Shown: positions 12,062 through 22,664 of the stretch, piece after piece
How the letters are laid out: the number at the start of each line of letters is the position of its first letter
How positions within the stretch are numbered: the first letter of the stretch is position 1
From: Asterionella formosa
Lineage: Eukaryota
Direction of reading: 5' to 3'
Length of the DNA: 37,518 nucleotides
Assembly (NCBI GenBank): GCA_002256025.1
Contig: NKIB01015221.1
Coordinates: 1 to 37,518 of the forward strand
The notes under the pieces: model-generated
What the model saw: only the letters and a program-made list of their open reading frames with translations
Told to the model about the DNA's origin: nothing
Databases searched by the model: none
Program-made: the position numbers and the translations under genes

Positions 12062-12690
12062 TCTTGTTGTTATCTCTCAACATGGTGTTCTCGTCTTATT
12101 GCCTTTTTAACGGAAAAATAATGTACACTTTTCGAAATGACTGTCAAAGAAAGTCTCTCCACATGATAAACAATAGTATCTATGTGCAATAATATACATT
12201 GTAACATTTTACATGGGGTCTCAAATTGGCAAGACTCTGACACTCACTCAAATGATGCATATTTACTTGTTGATGACGTAGGACCCAGTAGACTCACAGG
12301 AGTGTGCTCATCTGGCGGAATGGTATCGCTCTTTGCTCCTTTTACTACCGTAGTCTACCAGTGCCTATACGTCGTACACTATAATACAATACACAAGAAT
12401 ATAAGGAGAAATGGCATGCGGACCTGAATGATGTGGTATCAGGGGTTTCATACATATAACCACACTGGCATCGCGTCATTCACAACGAATTTCCTATTTT
12501 TCAATCATGACCACATACCAGCATGTATTTACATAGAATCCACCTACAAGTAGGTACCACGTACCATGAGTAATAAATCAACCAGCATACCGGTATGCAT
12601 TGGTGTGTACATGTCATCATCCAATCACTCCACAAATCCCACCTATCGTTGCCATAACAATAAAAAATATACAAATAAGTAAACAGCACA

Positions 12691-13117
12691 ATGAAGACCT
12701 GTATGACCCTCCTCCTCCTCACTATTCTCTTCGCTAGTGCACTGGCGTTTACGCCCTCAAGCTCCTTTTCTGGTTCGCGAATGGTCGTTTCTGTTCCATC
12801 ATCGTCCTCACTGAGCATGTTCTTTGGACCCAAAAAGGATGATGGAAGTCCTGGCGACTATGTTTGCAAGGTTAGTTTAATGTGTCACAATGAAGTATAC
12901 TGCATGTTTGTGCATGATTCCATTTTTTAAAATTTGCTAATTTATGTCTGACAAAAAGGACTGCGGATATGTCTTTACCAAGGGGCCCAAGGCATGGGCT
13001 GCTCTGGACGACAAGTGGAAGTGTCCACCTTGTGGAGCGCCAAAATTTCGATTCGAAAAAGTCCCCAAAGGGAGTGCTTCGGGTAAGGTTGATGTAAAGA
13101 AGAGTTGGTTCAAGTAG
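12691..13117 (+). CDS. Plastid-targeted rubredoxin-like protein (exons 12691-12870, 12959-13117)
   Basis: Removing the GTTAGT...GCTAAT...AAAG intron (12871-12958, 88 nt) gives ...GDYVCKDCGYVFTKGPKAWAALDDKWKCPPCGAPKFRFEKV...SWFK*. This has two CxxC knuckles in rubredoxin context. The N-terminus is a signal peptide, ASALA-FTP and a Ser-rich transit peptide. Confidence 0.92.
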
Positions 13118-13475
13118 ATAAAGGTGTTCGGGGAATATAATTGTTCTTGTCTATACAGTCTACCAAGATGTGAGGATTGAGACAAGCTGAAATTTGTTCA
13201 ATACGAAAAGAAAAATGGTTGTGGTGCACTTTAGTTGCAAGAGCAACAAGAGGTTCTTGGAAATCACGTTATAATCCAGTACAGCTTACTCCAGTTGAAT
13301 GATAAAGCTATAGACAACAAAACAAAATCAGCTACCTATTGGACTTTGCCAATGGCGAACATGCATTATTTTCTTCCTCTATCCCCCCGACTCACGACAA
13401 CCTGATGAAGAGCACAAAATTCATTCACGCGTTTTTCTTTTGGAGACAGACAGAAACGTCACTCACATACACATT

Positions 13476-14120
13476 TTATCCAAACGCCAAGGAATTTTCT
13501 TCATTGTTTGCCTTTTCTGTATGATACTGCTTGGACAAGTCATCATACGATACCATCAAACGCTGTATGATCGCTTGCAACACCTTCTTCTTGGGTTCCT
13601 CCTCACTCAACTCATCTACCAATTCCATCAAACATGACGTCGTGCAAAACTTGTTTTGCTTCCGATACGTGGCAACACCCCACAATTCATGCATGATATT
13701 GATATCATGTGGAATGCCCTGCTGGGACGTGAGTTCGTAGGGGAACAAGTAATACACTCGTTGAAAGCCAGTCCAGACAATGGAACTAATGCACATGCAA
13801 CAGGGTTCATGAGTGGATAGAAAGATGCATTCCTTGGCCGCAGTCCCACGCTGGCTCGGTGGTGTCAATTTGGACCATTCGGAAATCAAATGTACTTCCC
13901 CATGAAACAATGGAGATTCGATTTCGGCATTGGTCTCGGCGAGGATAGTTTGGAAGGACGAATCCAAAATGGCAGCTCCAAATACCTTGTTTCCCAAAGC
14001 CACGCCTCGGGTAGTGAGTGGGAAAATGTCTGTCTCGATGCATGTCAACATTTTCTCGAGCTCGTCTGCAGTAGCGGAGAGTTTGGGAAGTTGATTGGAA
14101 AGGTCCAAGACGACGGACAT
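13476..14120 (-). CDS. Zinc-dependent nucleoside/nucleobase deaminase (cytidine/dCMP deaminase family)
   Basis: Motifs GNKVFGAAIL, PLFHGE (HxE) and STHEPCCMC (PCxxC). The probable start is the ATG at 14120 (MSVVLDL). Substrate cannot be assigned. Confidence 0.9.
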   Translation of the reverse strand: MSVVLDLSNQLPKLSATADELEKMLTCIETDIFPLTTRGVALGNKVFGAAILDSSFQTILAETNAEIESPLFHGEVHLISEWSKLTPPSQRGTAAKECIFLSTHEPCCMCISSIVWTGFQRVYYLFPYELTSQQGIPHDINIMHELWGVATYRKQNKFCTTSCLMELVDELSEEEPKKKVLQAIIQRLMVSYDDLSKQYHTEKANNEENSLAFG

Positions 14121-14759
14121 GTTTGTTTCAGAAGGAGAATGTGCAGGGAGAGAGATATGGCAGCAGAGCTGTAGTACCGATATAGTATGCAATCAATGGC
14201 AGGGCCAGAATTGAATGCAACAAGCTCAGAACATCATTGCTCAATTCGTTTATTTTCGTCCTGCACTATAAAAGCCATACATGACATTTCACATGGATCT
14301 GGGTGATTTTGTGTTCCTTCTCGTCGCTCTTCCGTCGCAAGTACCGGTATGTATCAGAACGATTGATAAAAGAATGGTACCGGTACCTGGTACTGTACGC
14401 CATATATAGTATTAGCTACAATAGAGATAATAAACGCTAAATGAAAGCAAATTCATCCGTCGTTTTACCCCAAATTTGCAATAGATTGACATGCACTTGC
14501 TTGCTTGAATCCTTTGTGGTGTAGATCTTAGTAGTTAGTGACCACGGTACCTGGTACCAGGTACCCGGTGCCGGTACATGACAAAATACCCATGTTACCA
14601 GGTACCGGTGTGTAAAAGAATTACCGGTAATCAAGTCAAAATCAACCCGGTAAATATGATATCAGATCAAACACACCATCACAGCCAAACGAAGCATTTA
14701 TAAAATATGCATATGTAGTACCTGGTAACGCGATTGTACATTCCATATATACCGACGAC

Positions 14760-15701
14760 ATGGCATTATTGGAAACCCCCATTCAACTTTTCCGAGAACT
14801 TCCAAATGAGTTGCTCGATTACATTTTGGAAGAGTACACGGATGGAAAAGCTCTTTCGACCTTGTCAATCGCCTTTCTGGGCAGCATTCGTCATTCGGAT
14901 CTTTGCATGATTATTGAACGTATTCTGGGACAACGACTGCAAACGATTCATGACGCCATTACTGAAAGTTTGCAAAATTTAAGGTTCCTTCAAGACTTGC
15001 TCACCGTTTTGATTCGCCAACATACTATGAATTTGGAACAGCAACAACAGCAACAACAACAACAACAACGAGGACAAAGAGTCTCGAGAAACTCCTCACT
15101 GAAATTTGCACTGCTGGACTATCTGCACTGGTCTTATCAATCGAAATCATCTCCTGAATTTCATTTTCCACTCTGGCAAGGCGAGTTGTGCATTAGGCTA
15201 GCTTCTCATTCTAGTGCAAGACGCATTAGACTAAAAGCCACCGAAGTGACAAGCAAATACTTTATTCCTGGACTGGTTGGGAAATGGAAACGATACATGG
15301 ATCAAACGCCCCTTTTCATGGAAGAATTGAGACACTTTAGCGCCGTACCGCTCGTTGGTAGAGTCACATGGACGGCCGAATCAACAAGTTTGCCTGGTGA
15401 ATTTTTGGATGATTTGGATGTTTCACGGTCGTTGATCTTGGCGCCTCGAGTCGTCCGACCTGGAGAGCTCTCTGTTTTTTTTGCGACTCATCAAGCTGCC
15501 AAGGAACAATTCCCACCCTTTGCGATGATACATCCGGAAAAATTTGATCCTTATTCTATCATGTCATTATCCAGTTGTCAGCAAGACCATTTGATGTATT
15601 GTTTTTGGGCCGACGACTCTGATGAAGAAGTTAACTTTGATGATTTAGATTTGTGGTTTGTGTTTGATCTAATTGGTTTGATGAAAACTTGGCAGCCGTA
15701 A
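14760..15701 (+). CDS. Hypothetical protein with F-box-like N-terminus and polyQ tract
   Basis: 313-aa ORF. LFRELPNELLDYILEEYTDGKALSTLS resembles an F-box (LPxELLxxILxY). The CAA-rich repeat encodes Q10. Confidence 0.7.
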   Translation: MALLETPIQLFRELPNELLDYILEEYTDGKALSTLSIAFLGSIRHSDLCMIIERILGQRLQTIHDAITESLQNLRFLQDLLTVLIRQHTMNLEQQQQQQQQQQRGQRVSRNSSLKFALLDYLHWSYQSKSSPEFHFPLWQGELCIRLASHSSARRIRLKATEVTSKYFIPGLVGKWKRYMDQTPLFMEELRHFSAVPLVGRVTWTAESTSLPGEFLDDLDVSRSLILAPRVVRPGELSVFFATHQAAKEQFPPFAMIHPEKFDPYSIMSLSSCQQDHLMYCFWADDSDEEVNFDDLDLWFVFDLIGLMKTWQP

Positions 15702-15900
15702 CCAAACCAACACATTCTTTGCCTAATGTGATTTTCTTTTGAAGTTTTGACATGTAGTTGAAACCCACTCAAAGTTGTACTACAAAACAAATATCTAAAC
15801 GTCATCTTGGGTAATTGTACAGATGAAAACCTCAAGAATTAGTTGACGCAACATCCACTACGACTACCTCAACATGTTCGGGGTCGGACATTTTTCATTT

Positions 15901-16000
15901 TTACCCAAGCTCAATTACGCAAGCCTTCCTGAACTGAACTTGCATGAATTAACCCAAGCTCAATTGACGCAAGCTGTCCTTAACTTGAGTGTCATGCATA
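15901..16000. repeat. Imperfect ~48-bp tandem duplication of the 3' end of the adjacent gene
   Basis: TTACCCAAGCTCAATT-ACGCAAGCCTTCCTGAACT (15901) versus TTAACCCAAGCTCAATTGACGCAAGCTGTCCTTAACT (15949). Confidence 0.75.
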
Positions 16001-16356
16001 TCAACGTCGACAAAGTTATCTCGAATCATATTCAGCCTTTTCGAGAGCGATGATTCACCACTGTTGACGTCGCCCATAGTAACCTTCTCCATTCGCTCCA
16101 CATGATCAATTAATACATCGTACATCTCACGAATCACATGGTTCTTGTTGGAAATCGCCACTGCCACAGTGTCATCACCGTGAAGAGGAATCCACTCGGC
16201 GCAATTTGGTTGCTTCATAAGGATGCGATGAAGCGATCTGATTCTCTGCTCCACTGTCACTGACCTTCGGATCTCGCCAAAGATGGCAGATTCCATCTTA
16301 CCGATAGTGAATAGGTCCACTAATTCGGTGACATGAGTGAAGCGGTCCATGGACAT
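15949..16356 (-). CDS. Small unknown protein, paralog A
   Basis: Clear protein-level similarity to 24535-24966 begins at MSMDRFT. The ATG is in CATC-ATG context, with a TATA-like element ~35 nt upstream. Confidence 0.8.
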   Translation of the reverse strand: MSMDRFTHVTELVDLFTIGKMESAIFGEIRRSVTVEQRIRSLHRILMKQPNCAEWIPLHGDDTVAVAISNKNHVIREMYDVLIDHVERMEKVTMGDVNSGESSLSKRLNMIRDNFVDVDMHDTQVKDSLRQLSLG

Positions 16357-16387
16357 GATGAATGCTTGTGTAGGAGGCAATTGTGCC

Positions 16388-16399
16388 TTTATATATAAA
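16388..16399 (-). promoter_or_regulatory. Candidate TATA box of paralog A
   Basis: The minus strand reads TTTATATATAAA, 32-43 nt upstream of the ATG at 16356. Confidence 0.4.
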
Positions 16400-17199
16400 C
16401 AAAGAGGCGGAAAGGAGAATTGGAGATCATGGAAACATTTTGGCGACGTTTGACTCATGCGCGCGTCGTCCAATGATGAGATTTCCTCAATGGATATTCA
16501 TTGTACATATATACAACATGTAGAAAGTATAACTAAATGATTGTTATATACTTTTAATGGTATATAAATAAATGTATACGTCATATAACATCCGTACCCG
16601 AATATCGAACCAAGTTTCACAATTCAGGCACTCAACGCAAGTTTGCTCGCTCATCCAATGATAAATCTCCATTGCTACAGCGAGCAATATGTTACAGAGT
16701 ACAATATTTTACTTCGTATGTAAAAACTGTAAAAGTCAATCACTATGTACCAAGTATTGCTGACAGTACCCGGCTTGCTGGCACTTTGCCGTGCACCGTT
16801 GTAGACATGCTGGTCTGAACTTCACCATAACATAGTCCTAAATCGAGACAGGAACAAGAAGGAATGAACAAGAACAATTCTGTCCTGCTGGCGGTGGGAC
16901 AGCAGCCACCATATGCATAGCTAAGAGATATGAATACCAGTACCGGTATGTAATCCAGTACCTACTGGTAATCTAGTTATATATTTATGCGATATACAGA
17001 TAAAGTTGTGTGCCGTATGTATTACCGGTATGTTGATGAGGAGGAGAAGCAATCGTAGTGGAGACAATATCATGTGTATACTATACTCACTTTGTACCAG
17101 ATACCTGGTACCCGGTACCTGGTACTAGTACTAGGGTATATCAGCCTGGACCTGTTACCTGATACTGGTTGTACTCCTGCAACCTTTTGCTTGTGCTTC

Positions 17200-17840
17200 A
17201 AACATTCGTTGATAAATTGGGCAATTGAAAGTCATATGTAAAAAGAATCCTAATCGGTCTTGTGTTTTCTTATCTAAATTAAGACCAAAGCGAAATGAGG
17301 TGTCAATCACTCCTGCCATTTTGATTTTTTCCTTCTTCATCTCTCAGCAAATCTTGGCAGCATTCCAGACATAAGCTTTCTTCATCAGACATAAGCTTTC
17401 TTCATATGAGAAAGCTTACGTCTGGAATACTGCCAAGATTCACCAAGAAATGATGAAGTCGAAAAACGCAAATTACAGCGATTTGATATTTTCGGAGATT
17501 CACCACTCATACTAGTATGTCTGTTCGTAGAATTTTTTTATCAAGGCATTAAACATCAAGGGGCAATATGAACATTCCTTCCCATACAAGGCAAGAAATC
17601 CCATACCTGGTATGTAGTATCACACTGAGAGAGTTCAAACAAAAAGACTTTAAAAGACTGCGAAGTTTGCAAAAGACCGCATACGAACAGGAAAACCTGG
17701 ATATAAGACGTTTTTCTGTGTTACTTTGCGAACATTTGCAAGCTTCGCATTTTTTTTTGGAAAACGTGATATGAGGTCAATTTAAGAAAAATCACAGATT
17801 TGTATGTGACTTTTTGTATTTCGTAGTTTCCATCAACTCC
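17200..17840. mobile_element. Candidate foldback / non-autonomous DNA transposon relic with nested palindromes
   Basis: A long palindrome is centred near 17400 (AATCTTGGCAGCATTCCAGACATAAGCTTTCT...AGAAAGCTTACGTCTGGAATACTGCCAAGATT). A second imperfect hairpin lies at ~17658-17749. There is weak inverted similarity between ~17225-17286 and ~17775-17815. Confidence 0.45.
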
Positions 17841-18710
17841 TAGACAAAGTGAGGAAAACAACCTATCTTAATTAACAGTTTCAAGGTTGTTGGGATTGGA
17901 AAATTCGTAACTGCCAGCATCATCATACCAGCGACCCAATATGGTTGCATATTATGTACTGACAACCTATTCTATTCAGACACCAAATTAATTTTCTAGT
18001 CAAAACATATTCAAATACCTGCATACACTATGTATTAAAAAGTGATGCCAGCTGAATGGAGTAAAAGTTTTAATTTAGCTTTTACATTCCACAGCAACAA
18101 CCTTTGGGACTAAATATGGAAGTAATGATAGCTAATAGATGAGTTCAAAGCATGATCATTATTATTAAGTAAATGAATTGCTACAACATTGCTGGAATAA
18201 TTATGTTTTTATCTAGCATATTTGGTCCAAAACCTGAATTTTTTTCGATTTAATGTTGACTCCCAGTTTAAAGGTGGTACTGCCATTTACGAAATACTGC
18301 TATAAATAAGAACAAAAAGACTCCAGCAGAAGTACACAGGGGAATATTCGAGCATGTCTCCATTATCATCATTCAATGGTGAACAGGGACAGTAGCATGG
18401 TGACAGCACAAATGACCAATACATATACATGTGCCCGAACTTGAGTGAATGGATTTATGGAAGGCTTCCTACTGCTACCACCACTACCGGTATGTATTTC
18501 CAAAACAGAGCAACTAATAAATTTATAGAGCACACATTAGTATCTAGAAGTAAACAATTGCTAACTGCATTGTACAGTAGGAGTATTTCTTTGTGTCCTG
18601 CGGGATACAATATGCTTTCGTCGTGATTTGTTCAGCGCTTGTTTATATCTTGCTCACTAAATATAGAAGAGTCTATACGTAGTAAATATCCATGTAAAAT
18701 TAGAATATGC

Positions 18711-18753
18711 ATAATAATAATAATAATAATAATAATTAAAAAATAATAATAAT
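18711..18753 (+). repeat. (TAA)n microsatellite, interrupted
   Basis: Directly visible ATAATAATA... run. Confidence 0.9.
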
Positions 18754-18915
18754 CCTCCCGATGTACCGGTACCACATATACACGGAGTACAATAAATGAA
18801 TCAGGAGATTTAACAACTGAAATACCGGTACTCGAATGATATACAACAGTCCGTTCACTGGGAAAGCGCTGATCAATGACTGAGCAGAATCTCGTTTTGA
18901 ATCAACACCAAGGAT

Positions 18916-20247
18916 ATGAAACTACCGCATGGGCAGACTATACGGGCTCGACCTTCCGTCTGCATCAAGCTCCGTTTGTTGCGTCTATTGATCGGGATCC
19001 TTTGGCTTTTGATAGCCTCGATCTCCGTCTACTTTACTACGATAGTAATAGCACCTTCGGCAATGGCCAAAGTCTTGATAAAAGACTATCCCAGCGTTAT
19101 AGGCCGCCTCGACAAAGACACTTCCAATCAAGCAATGGGAGTCCATCCCTTTGTCCAAGCTAATTGTGATTTGACTGGAGTGGAATGGTATCCCACTGGT
19201 AGACTGGCTTGGCAAAAACAAGGGCCCTACTTTCTACTAATTGGGGCCAAAAAGGCAGGTACATCTACCCTGTGGTATTGGTTGAGTCGTCATCCATGGA
19301 TAAGTAAGGCTCGGCTAAAGGAACACCTGTATTTCAATCCAGTTCGCTTTAAGAATCGTTCCAATAAAGGAAAAGTGCTAGTCCACAAGTCTCGGGCAGA
19401 AATATATCATCCTAATACTGGCCACTACAATGCATCAGAACTTAGTGAAAATGATCACCGTTTCGCCTTTGACGCCACGCCGGATTATTTGTTATATAGT
19501 AGCAGGATCATTCCTGCTATTCTCTGTACCTGCCCCTGGGTCAAGATCTTGGTAAGCGTCCGGGAACCAGTGAACCGTATTTTTTCACATTTTAACTTTC
19601 ATAAGCAAGTTTTGAAAAGGAATCATGGCTCGTTGGAACAGTGGATAGAGAAGGATCTCAAAAAGTTACGAGAGGCAGGTGTCCTTCAAAGTGAAATCCC
19701 TAATGAAGATTTTTATGGATCGGATGCCGAGAAAATTGCGTGGAGAAAATACCTTCTCATGCCATCGAATATTGAGTTTGTTGTTGGGAGATCCCTGTAT
19801 GTTATTCAATTAGAAATATGGTATCAAGCGCTCCTTTCTATTGGACGCAATCCTGAAACAGAAGTATTAGTGGTTCGAAATGAAGACATGCGAACAAAGC
19901 CGAGTATCACATATAACAAGGTATTGTCATGGCTTGAGTTTCCAAACCGTGAATTGAAGCAATACCAAGACAGGATGAAAACTACCTATGCGCTAACTGA
20001 AATGAAGAACGAGACGAAGGTATTACTCAAGGCTTTATTCATGCCATACAATCAACGGTTATACAAACTGCTTGGCGTCGACTGGACTGATGAATGGGAA
20101 AATGGCGAGACTTTGAAAGTACCTCACCAAGCGGATAAAGTGAACACACATCGTCATCGTTTTCCTAAATTGATGGCTAAGAATGCTAACAAGAAAGTAT
20201 CCAAGCGGAATCGGCCTCCCAAGGGACGAAATAGACACATCAATTAA
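18916..20247 (+). CDS. PAPS-dependent sulfotransferase (heparan sulfate 3-O-sulfotransferase-like fold), type II membrane protein
   Basis: N-terminal TM helix, 5'-PSB loop LIGAKKAGTSTL, SRHP...KEHLYF, FDATPDY, 3'-PB motif VREPVNRIFS, and C-terminal LFMPYNQRLYKLLG. Confidence 0.9.
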   Translation: MKLPHGQTIRARPSVCIKLRLLRLLIGILWLLIASISVYFTTIVIAPSAMAKVLIKDYPSVIGRLDKDTSNQAMGVHPFVQANCDLTGVEWYPTGRLAWQKQGPYFLLIGAKKAGTSTLWYWLSRHPWISKARLKEHLYFNPVRFKNRSNKGKVLVHKSRAEIYHPNTGHYNASELSENDHRFAFDATPDYLLYSSRIIPAILCTCPWVKILVSVREPVNRIFSHFNFHKQVLKRNHGSLEQWIEKDLKKLREAGVLQSEIPNEDFYGSDAEKIAWRKYLLMPSNIEFVVGRSLYVIQLEIWYQALLSIGRNPETEVLVVRNEDMRTKPSITYNKVLSWLEFPNRELKQYQDRMKTTYALTEMKNETKVLLKALFMPYNQRLYKLLGVDWTDEWENGETLKVPHQADKVNTHRHRFPKLMAKNANKKVSKRNRPPKGRNRHIN

Positions 20248-20499
20248 ATGTTCGTCAATCAATGCCGATGGTATCTTTGTGCTTATACGCATTACAACAG
20301 CTCGCCGCAAATCAAGTCATCTGACTATATTTTCTTTCTGTCCTACTGGTGGTACCTGGTAGTTCAGATGATTTGACATTTTCATTTTCGTCTAATCAAC
20401 AAAGATTCAATGGTGTATACTACCGATATATGTTAGACTTATTATTATATTCTAGTTGTAATGATTCATTGTAATATTTTTTACGTACCGGTAGCTATA

Positions 20500-21830
20500 T
20501 TATTGCAAGTGCTGTAAGGTGCCCATAATTTGTTGGCGCTGCAAAAGGTACGGAGATCAAAGAAAATGACAATTTTCAAGATGGAATTTGAGTTATTGGC
20601 AACTCTTCGGCATCAGAGCAAATACGATAGGTCAGTTGACAACATGTGTTTCCGGTGTAAACAATTAAATGAAGATGTGAATCATGTTATCCGTTGCGCG
20701 GCCGTGGTATCCCATAGAAATATGCGCCAGTGAAGCACTTTGAGGAGAAAGTACTACAGGGCACAGGCATATGTCAACATACTGCACAAAAATTCAAGGC
20801 AGGTATGAACCAGTGGGAAGGACCAATGCCACCTACAACAGATGTAGTGAGCTGGCTAACTTTTGAGGCTTTTGTGAATCAAAAAGGTATTGGATGGGGT
20901 CAAGTGTTCCAAGGACGGATTCGGAAAAACTGGAATATGGCCATCGTGGCATTTAATAAAACAAAAGACATGGGAGAGACAACTGCTATGAGTAATTGGA
21001 GTGTGCAAGTGATCAGTGGCCTATGGCAGGTTGGTATTGAAAGTTGGATTAATCGAAACAAGGTACTACATTGAAAAACACAGGAAGAACAATTGGAGAA
21101 GACGGCAAAAGAGGTCAATGACCAAATAAGAACAAGATATGAACAGGATCAAGGGATTGTGCGAGAAGAAGACAAATCTTTCTTCTTAACTTCCAGTAGA
21201 AGTCCGCAAATGACGACACAATATTTATCAAAAATGTCAGTGGGTTGAATAAGTCAATTTATCAGTCAATGCTTGGCTTTGCATCCATGCGGCAGGAATT
21301 TCTGGTGGAGCTTGGCTTCATCTCGCACCATTATATGGAAACAGAATCAAGGTCCACAAACTCGGGTTTGGAAGAAACAGACATGAAAGGAAGCTTTATG
21401 GTGTCTATCCAGGCACAAGTGCATTTTTTAAATTAGTTTAAATGTGCTTTAAATATTGGTTGTGAAACATATTGCAGAAAGGGAATGGCTTACAGTAGTT
21501 GGTTGAGCATGTTGCCTTTGATCTGAGGTTGTGTGGTTTGATTCCTGCAACTTTTTTGAGAAGCAATTTGTTGGGTTTTACTCATCCCACACTCCTTACT
21601 GTCCCACATGGTCTTGCCTGGTGCGCAAGAAATAGTGTGTTTGTCCCCCTACAAGCAGCTTGTGCCGCCTTCCTAGGCGGTCAAAGTTCCCCTAATGCTG
21701 TGGCTAAGACAATCACCTTTTGCGAAAGGTGGTTGGGGAGCGACTCATCTTGTACTATGCTAACAAAACTAGGGAAGCACACCAGGTCTTGTTGGCAGGT
21801 AACACAATGAATAGATACCTTGAAAAAGGG
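20500..21830 (+). mobile_element. 5'-truncated, degenerate non-LTR retrotransposon (C-terminus of ORF2 plus probable 3' tail)
   Basis: CCHC knuckle CFRCKQLNEDVNHVIRC, then after a frameshift NQKGIGWGQVFQGRIRKNW and GLWQVGIESWINRNKVLH*KTQEE (WxxRN motif of LINE ORF2 C-termini). No RT domain remains. The extent of the 3' tail is inferred. Confidence 0.75.
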
Positions 21831-22664
21831 GAGCACGAATGGGCTGTTTAACTGATTATGATTTTCTCGCAATTGCAGTCCAACAATGCAATATTGCTTT
21901 GCTAATTTATCAGGGCGGAGGACAAGCAACAGCTTTGAGCGACGCCGCCCTATGTACGACTACGGTATGTGAAGTATTTTTCCGTCTTGGTCCGTCCATT
22001 GATACCGGTACCTGGTACCTAGTAACTACGTAGGTACTCGGAGTATTGGACTTCCAGGTACAGGTACTGATACAAACAATTCGAGCGATGAAACGAGCAG
22101 ACGTACTAAGCAGATTGGTTTTCCGAAAGTCATACATTTTAGTTAGTAACGCTACATCTATTTGTTAGTCAAGGAACAAGCAGATATCCGAACCAAATTG
22201 CTTATGAGAACTGCGTATGCACGAGTCATTTCATTAAATTGACATCAACCAAAGACGAACAATTCTGCCTGGTTGTCATTCTCGTTGTGATATACCGGTA
22301 CGACTGTCCTTCTTTTTGTCATATTACCCTGGGACCTGGTCCCTCGTACCACATAAATCTTGATATATAGAGGGAGGACTGTGGTCAATATCAATATGAT
22401 CAAGTGTACCGGCAGACTACCATGAATTTATTTTCCAAGCGCTCCTGAACATGAAAGGCACTGGAACTGGATATCAAACTATAGCTAGGATTAATACCGG
22501 TATATGGAAAAGCGAGATAAAATAAAACAATTTCTCTATTCAAGTCTATTTTATAAACGCACCGGTTTGATCGTTTTGGTTCAATGCCATTGTCACTCTC
22601 TAGTATACATGGACTGCATGCATGCCTCCTTCGTTGTGTGAAGAAAAGCTGAATCTCTGAAATC

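Noticed and set aside
3..13117. Iron/redox gene cluster (GST, ferric reductase, rubredoxin)
   Set aside because: The rubredoxin is separated by ~9 kb of decayed DNA and I saw no shared upstream motif. Adjacency alone is not evidence.
21480..21557. Functional tRNA gene
   Set aside because: I could not fold a clean cloverleaf and the B box is mutated. It is kept only as a tRNA-like relic.
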